NCBI GenBank assembly: GCA_964347045.1
Contig: CAYFXC010000008.1
Span: 73,768 to 127,456 of the forward strand
From: an uncultured archaeon
GTDB taxonomy: Archaea > Asgardarchaeota > Hermodarchaeia > Hermodarchaeales > Hermodarchaeaceae
Direction: 5' to 3'
DNA: 53,689 bases
In this document: positions 48,762 to 53,689 of the stretch, one piece after another
Numbering within the stretch: the first letter of the stretch is position 1
How the letters are laid out: each line of letters starts with the position of its first letter
Position numbers and translations under genes: made by a program
Notes under the pieces: model-generated
Database searches by the model: none
What the model was told of the DNA's origin: nothing
What the model saw: the letters and a program-made list of their open reading frames with translations, nothing else

Positions 48762-49552
48762 TAAGTACCTTCCTCCTCATTTTTCTGTTCAAGAATCGCT
48801 TCATGGTGACCGTAGAGAACTTCAAGCTGATGAAGGAATTGCTTTGCTCTCTCCGTTTCAGGAGAAACAGAAAAGTGCCTAGGAGTCCCCCGTTCGACAA
48901 TAAGCCCGTGGTCAATGAAAATCATCTCATTTGCAACAGCTCGGGCGAAGCCCATTTCGTGAGTTACCACAACCATCGTTGTACCAGTTTTAGCAATCTC
49001 AAGCATCACTTGTAACACTTCACCAATTAATTCAGGATCTAACGCAGATGTGGGTTCATCAAACAGAATCAAAACGGGATCCATAACCAAGGCTCGAGCG
49101 ATTCCCACTCGTTGTTGTTGCCCACCTGACAACTGGGCGGGATAATGGTCTACCCAATCCGCCATCTTCACTTGTTCTAATGCCTGTAGGGCCTTTTCGT
49201 TTGCCTCTTCTTTTGACAAGCCAAGTACACGACGTGGACCAAGGCTAACATTTTCTAATGCCTTAAGATGCAAAAAAAGATTGAAATGTTGGAAAACCAT
49301 CCCAATCTTTGATCGAATTTCATTCAGATTCGTATCAGAATCCATGAGATTCGTACCTTGAAGCACCACTGTTCCTTTGTCTGGGGAAGTGAGCATATTG
49401 ATACAGCGGAGGAGGGTGCTTTTCCCTGACCCACTGGGACCAAAAATTACCTTAACTTCACCTTCTTCCACGTCAAAAGAGACGCCCCTAAGAACTTGTA
49501 GTTCATCATATGCCTTCCAAATATTTTCTACTTGAAGTAACGGTATTTCCAC
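48761..49552 (-). CDS. Polar amino acid ABC transporter ATP-binding protein (GlnQ-like)
   Basis: GPSGSGKS, MVFQHFNLF, LSGGQQQR, FDEPTSALDPE, VTHEMGFA. Confidence 0.95.
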   Translation of the reverse strand: MEIPLLQVENIWKAYDELQVLRGVSFDVEEGEVKVIFGPSGSGKSTLLRCINMLTSPDKGTVVLQGTNLMDSDTNLNEIRSKIGMVFQHFNLFLHLKALENVSLGPRRVLGLSKEEANEKALQALEQVKMADWVDHYPAQLSGGQQQRVGIARALVMDPVLILFDEPTSALDPELIGEVLQVMLEIAKTGTTMVVVTHEMGFARAVANEMIFIDHGLIVERGTPRHFSVSPETERAKQFLHQLEVLYGHHEAILEQKNEEEGT

Positions 49553-49557
49553 TTCTC

Positions 49558-50241
49558 TTAGCCTCCTAATCCTAAGTCTTTGAGTTTCTGAGTTTGTCGC
49601 TCTCCAAAGAATCTCGTGACGGGATAGGTAAAGATGAAATAAATAACAGCGAGAACCACAAGCGGGGGAGTCAACATCTCTGGATTATTCGCCACAACTC
49701 GAAATGTAACCCGGAGCATTTCGATCATACCCACAGCTGAAGCGAACGTTGTATCCTTGATTACAACGGCATATTCATTTGACCAGCTTGGAAGAGCCAT
49801 TCGAAGGGCTTGAGGTAAAACTACATGTCGAAACGCTTGTAGACGGCTCAGCCCTAATGCCCTCGCCGCCAACTGCTGTCCTGGAGTTACGGAGAGGATA
49901 GCCCCTCGAAGGATTTGAGATTGATAAGCCCCACTTCGAAGCGCCAACGAGAGAATAACCGCTGCTAGAGTTCTGTTTAGCGGGTCGATAAACCAAAAGA
50001 GTCCAGGAAAACCAAATGCAAAAATAAAAATTAACACTAGCAGAGGAATGCCGCGAAATACTTTCTCATAGGCAATTGCAACCCATTCGATTTCTCGGCC
50101 ACCATAAACCCGCATCAGCGCTAATAAAAGTCCAATCAAAAATCCCCAAATCAGACCGTGTGCTGTAAGAATTAGCGTTGTAGGTAATCCTTGGATAATA
50201 ATGTAAAAAAAGATGGAGGGGAGATCCGGCGCTTGCAACAT
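49558..50241 (-). CDS. Polar amino acid ABC transporter permease
   Basis: FRGIPLLV, AYQSQILRGAI, GQQLAARALG, VIKDT. Confidence 0.92.
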   Translation of the reverse strand: MLQAPDLPSIFFYIIIQGLPTTLILTAHGLIWGFLIGLLLALMRVYGGREIEWVAIAYEKVFRGIPLLVLIFIFAFGFPGLFWFIDPLNRTLAAVILSLALRSGAYQSQILRGAILSVTPGQQLAARALGLSRLQAFRHVVLPQALRMALPSWSNEYAVVIKDTTFASAVGMIEMLRVTFRVVANNPEMLTPPLVVLAVIYFIFTYPVTRFFGERQTQKLKDLGLGG

Positions 50242-50244
50242 GTA

Positions 50245-51045
50245 TCACCCAAACCACTGTGCGATAAGGGCGTCCATTGTTCCATCTGCAAACGCATTCA
50301 AAATTACAGTGTTCATTGCCTGCAATAAATCCGGAGTCTCCCAACGGCAAAATAGGGCTGTAGGTGGTGCAGGAACGGTGAAAATCGTTTTGAAACTATA
50401 AATTCCTGCATAGACTGTAAAGACTGGTTCATCCACATAGGCTGCATCGAGTCCGCCAGCTTCCAAGTCAGCTAGCATGATATCTGCTCTAGCATAGCGA
50501 ATTAGGTTTATACCAACACCTGCATCAACCAAATCTGTTAGATCAAAGTCTTCAACTGTACCTGATTGAACTCCAACATCGTAGCCTTCCAGATCCTCCA
50601 AGTCAGTAATTGTGAGGGTTGAGTTCCCCTTGACAATTACAACTTGATTGGTTCGGATATAGGGAACTGAATGGGCAAGCTGTTGAGCGCGTATGGGTGT
50701 GACAAACATGGCAGCCGCAATCATATCAATTGTGCCAGCTATGCATGCCGCAGGTAAGGCGTCAAAATCCATATCCACCCACGTAACCGTAACATTGAGG
50801 TAGTCAGCAATCATATCAGAAAGATCGATATCAAAGCCTTCATACTGATCTGTCGTCGTGTTGTAAATCTCAAAAGGGGGCCAATCAGAACTTGTTCCCA
50901 CAATAAGCGTGCCCCGATCTTGAATCTGCGCAATAAAACTAGGCGCCGGAGCCGGCGGAAGTAAGGCTGGCGCAAACCAGCCTACACTGAAACCAACCGC
51001 TATACCGATAATCAAAGCAATAGCAGCAATTCCTCTACCATTCAA
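50245..51045 (-). CDS. Amino acid ABC substrate-binding protein (family 3) with N-terminal membrane anchor
   Basis: RGTLIVGTSSDWPPFE, GFDIDL, VGVQSGT; GGAGGT RBS. Confidence 0.92.
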   Translation of the reverse strand: MNGRGIAAIALIIGIAVGFSVGWFAPALLPPAPAPSFIAQIQDRGTLIVGTSSDWPPFEIYNTTTDQYEGFDIDLSDMIADYLNVTVTWVDMDFDALPAACIAGTIDMIAAAMFVTPIRAQQLAHSVPYIRTNQVVIVKGNSTLTITDLEDLEGYDVGVQSGTVEDFDLTDLVDAGVGINLIRYARADIMLADLEAGGLDAAYVDEPVFTVYAGIYSFKTIFTVPAPPTALFCRWETPDLLQAMNTVILNAFADGTMDALIAQWFG

Positions 51046-51286
51046 AACATAAGACCTCCACTTATATGAACCATCAGGTTCGCCACTAATTATCGCGGAG
51101 ACATCATAAATATTACTAAAATAGCTTCACAGCGAAGTAACCCAAAGATTCTACGAAAAAATCGTCCAACTTATCACAACCACCCAACATTAGGTCAACC
51201 AAACCAAACTTAGTAAGACAGAAACCTCTAAGAAAAACCATTCTGAGATAAACGAAATGTGGAAGCTATCGTGAAGGAAGGTATGA

Positions 51287-51877
51287 TTGGTGAATTTTTG
51301 GGACCAAGCCTATTCATATACACCCCCCTGGGATATAGACCAACCCCAACCCGTCTTCATCGACCTGTTAAATCGGGGCGAAGTCCAACCAGGACCCCTC
51401 CTAGATGTCGGATGTGGCACCGGTGAAAACGCCATCTTCTTTGCCCGTAACGGATTTAGTGTCACCGGTATCGATTTATCTCCCACTGCCATACGCCTTG
51501 CCAAACAAAAAGCTCACCAACACCACATTTCCGTGAATTTTTACACGGAAAATGCACTTATGCTCGCAAATCGATTTGCCCCAGCCACCTTCACAACTGT
51601 GATTGATTCCGGGCTCTTTCACACATTAACCGACGATGAACGCCCCGTTTTCACTGACCAACTCGCCAAGATTCTCAAAGACCATGGCAACTACTTCATG
51701 CTCTGCTTCGCCGACAAAGAACACCGCCCAAGCGGCCCCCGCCGCATCTCCAAAGAGGAAATCCATCACACCTTCACCCCTCATTTCATCATTAACTATA
51801 TCCACGACGCCATCATGCTCTCCAACATCCATAATCCCCCCATCCAAGCCTATTTCACCTCCGCAACCAAACTCTAA
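51287..51877 (+). CDS. Class I SAM-dependent methyltransferase
   Basis: PPWDIDQPQP, LLDVGCGTGEN, GIDLS, VIDSGLFH. Confidence 0.9.
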   Translation: MVNFWDQAYSYTPPWDIDQPQPVFIDLLNRGEVQPGPLLDVGCGTGENAIFFARNGFSVTGIDLSPTAIRLAKQKAHQHHISVNFYTENALMLANRFAPATFTTVIDSGLFHTLTDDERPVFTDQLAKILKDHGNYFMLCFADKEHRPSGPRRISKEEIHHTFTPHFIINYIHDAIMLSNIHNPPIQAYFTSATKL

Positions 51878-51891
51878 AAAAAGAGCCTCTC

Positions 51892-52086
51892 CGAACCCCA
51901 CGACGACGAATCCGAATAGCCCTCCTTTTCGAAGCCATGCGATGGCTCGGACACACCACGCAACCTGAATCACCCCCCACGCTCTCCCACGACCCACTCG
52001 AAAAGCCTATCATCGCCATCTTCACAGAAGAAGACAATCCCCCAACCGAGACATATCAAACTAAAACTCATGTTCCGGACTATTAA
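51892..52086 (+). pseudogene. Possible decayed GNAT acetyltransferase fragment
   Basis: Open frame without an upstream start reads RRRIRIALLFEAMRWL; two CGA-to-GGA changes would give RRGIGIALL..AM.WL (GNAT motif A). Confidence 0.3.
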
Positions 52087-52129
52087 CGCCCCTTGATGCA
52101 CATCGTTTTTTGCTATGAAGAGGGGGTGG

Positions 52130-53263
52130 TTAGGGTTTCCTTCGTCGGAAGTATACTATGACAATGATACAAAGGGCAAGTCCTATACCAAAGGCGACGG
52201 CAAGGACAATGAGACCCGGGGGCACTGGGTGTGGTTCCCGAGAATTGAGCACTGCAAGGAAAATCTCCTCGAATAGCGGCGCATCAGCATGGACCGCCAC
52301 CATGGTATTGTAAGGTTGCCAGCCAAGCGATTGGGTCCAGCCAGTTTCATTTCCCCCATCGACCAACACCGCGATATAATGCCCTTCAAAAGTCACCACA
52401 GACGGATCCGTTAGCGCAACCGCCGCTAACTGATCCCAGAAATAGCCTCCCAGTCCTGGTCGAAGAAATTCATAGATAATTGCAGCTTCCCGCGTTCGCA
52501 TTTCGTTTTCCCACCGCGTCCGAAACGCCTCATTTTTCGGCACCTCATTGGTCGCATCCAAGGGAATGAGCGTTATGGGAACCCCGGATTTGAACACGAT
52601 ATCTGCCGCCAGAGGGTCAACCCAAATGTTCCACTCTGCCACATAGTTCGGTATTGGCGGATATTCATACCCGACATTCCCCGGAACGGTCACCGCGCCA
52701 CCCATACAATGGATGCCCTCAATTCTCTCCCTTATCGACGGATCTGCTTGCAGCGCGATGGCAATGTTTGTTAACGGACCCAACGGCACCAACGTAACAT
52801 TCTCCGTTGAACTCGTGATGACCGAGATAATCAATTCCGAGGCATTCAGCGCCGAAGGTTGCAAGTCCGTTGGCGGTAAATCTAACCCATAGAAGTTATA
52901 ACTCCCATCCCGCCACGCGGTGGGAAACGCATTATCCCCTGCAAGAGGCGTTGCCTTTCCCCCCGCCACCGGAATATCCCGAATCCCCAGATAAGCCAAC
53001 AACCGCAACACATTCGCCACCCCCTCCTCGATGTAAGTGATTCCACACGACACCGTAATCGCCCGTACCGACACCGCCGGATGCTTCAACAAATACAACA
53101 GTGCCGGAGTATCCGACGGATCCACATCCATATCCACGATCACCGGCACCACACCATGCTGAGCCACGCAACGCCCACTCAACGGCATCTGGCCAACGAA
53201 CAGAATCCCCACTAGCAAAATCAACGTCAGCCTAGACCAGTTGACCAACTCATCCACCACCAA
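52130..53263 (-). CDS. Nucleoside hydrolase (IUNH family) with signal peptide and C-terminal TM anchor
   Basis: VIVDMDVDPSD, PLGPLTNIA, MGGAV..GNV, AEWNIWVDP, PLDAT, FWDQLAA; hydrophobic N-terminus; C-terminal TM followed by RRRK. Confidence 0.9.
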   Translation of the reverse strand: MVVDELVNWSRLTLILLVGILFVGQMPLSGRCVAQHGVVPVIVDMDVDPSDTPALLYLLKHPAVSVRAITVSCGITYIEEGVANVLRLLAYLGIRDIPVAGGKATPLAGDNAFPTAWRDGSYNFYGLDLPPTDLQPSALNASELIISVITSSTENVTLVPLGPLTNIAIALQADPSIRERIEGIHCMGGAVTVPGNVGYEYPPIPNYVAEWNIWVDPLAADIVFKSGVPITLIPLDATNEVPKNEAFRTRWENEMRTREAAIIYEFLRPGLGGYFWDQLAAVALTDPSVVTFEGHYIAVLVDGGNETGWTQSLGWQPYNTMVAVHADAPLFEEIFLAVLNSREPHPVPPGLIVLAVAFGIGLALCIIVIVYFRRRKP

Positions 53264-53406
53264 TGACGAGCTCTAGACTCACGCGTATTTAAGCAAGGTC
53301 GCACAAATAATTAGTTAACCAGAAACCGGTTAATTTTTATACTATGCAGAACAGAATACTGACTACACGAGGGAAATTGCTAACATCAGACCCCGGTGAG
53401 TCTCCC

Positions 53407-53689
53407 ATGTTTACCTCACTCCGCTACCCGTCAGCCAAACAAAACTGGATCTGGTCCCAACGCCGACGTAACGTCAAACCCTCCGACCTCGCCGCCGAAC
53501 TCAACGTCTCACGACCCTTCATCAGCAAAGAACAACGCATCGCCGAAAAACGCATTAAGAAACTCATCGAACACGCCGCATCAATCAATCGCATCACCAT
53601 CCACCACATTAGCCCACGTTACGGTATTGCCATCGGCTATTGTTCGGCGTCGCAAACTGACACCTACATCCTCTACTCACCTAAAATTG
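53407..53689 (+). CDS. HTH-containing protein, N-terminal part (runs off the window; absent from the ORF track)
   Basis: ATG 53407 after GGTGAG; MFTSLRYPSAKQNWIWSQRRRNVKPSDLAAELNVSRPFISKEQRIAE..., HTH-like; no stop before the window end. Confidence 0.75.
   Translation, partial: MFTSLRYPSAKQNWIWSQRRRNVKPSDLAAELNVSRPFISKEQRIAEKRIKKLIEHAASINRITIHHISPRYGIAIGYCSASQTDTYILYSPKI

Noticed and set aside
51626-52037. Overlapping ORFs of 123, 110 and 60 aa (similar ones at 47599-48016)
   Set aside because: These are best explained as by-products of the C-rich, T/G-poor skew, which removes stop codons; they give low-complexity Pro/Thr/Ser or Gly/Val translations.
1-53689. CRISPR arrays, IS elements, integrases, DGR/reverse transcriptase, rRNA
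   Set aside because: No regularly spaced repeats, terminal inverted repeats with a transposase, RT motifs or long non-coding tracts were seen; the largest spacer is about 490 bp.

Overview
Gene-dense archaeal chromosome segment. Archaeal markers include TFB, ABCE1/RLI, a nurA-herA-mre11-rad50 operon, ADP-forming acyl-CoA synthetase alpha, DUF2299 and GGTG/GGAG ribosome-binding sites. The many zinc-ribbon/TM proteins, a double-HTH Lrp-like regulator and a Vps62/NPP1-like protein suggest an Asgard- or Bathyarchaeia-like lineage (inference). I found no rRNA, tRNA, CRISPR array, transposase or integrase. Main observations: (1) the Rad50 of an otherwise canonical end-resection operon has no CxxC zinc hook and carries a two-helix hydrophobic hairpin at the coiled-coil apex, so it is a candidate membrane-tethered Mre11-Rad50; (2) an unannotated ~140-nt structured intergenic RNA candidate at 30837-30975 has its own TATA box and C-rich anti-Shine-Dalgarno-like loops; (3) patches of strong plus-strand C enrichment and G depletion in the last ~11 kb are independent of gene orientation and appear to alter protein sequence; (4) an RRE-radical SAM/SPASM plus methyltransferase pair has no visible precursor; (5) two tandem KaiC/RecA-like proteins have destroyed Walker A motifs but intact K-x-R fingers; (6) a TFB has a non-canonical B-reader. 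All calls come from reading motifs by eye; no searches were run.
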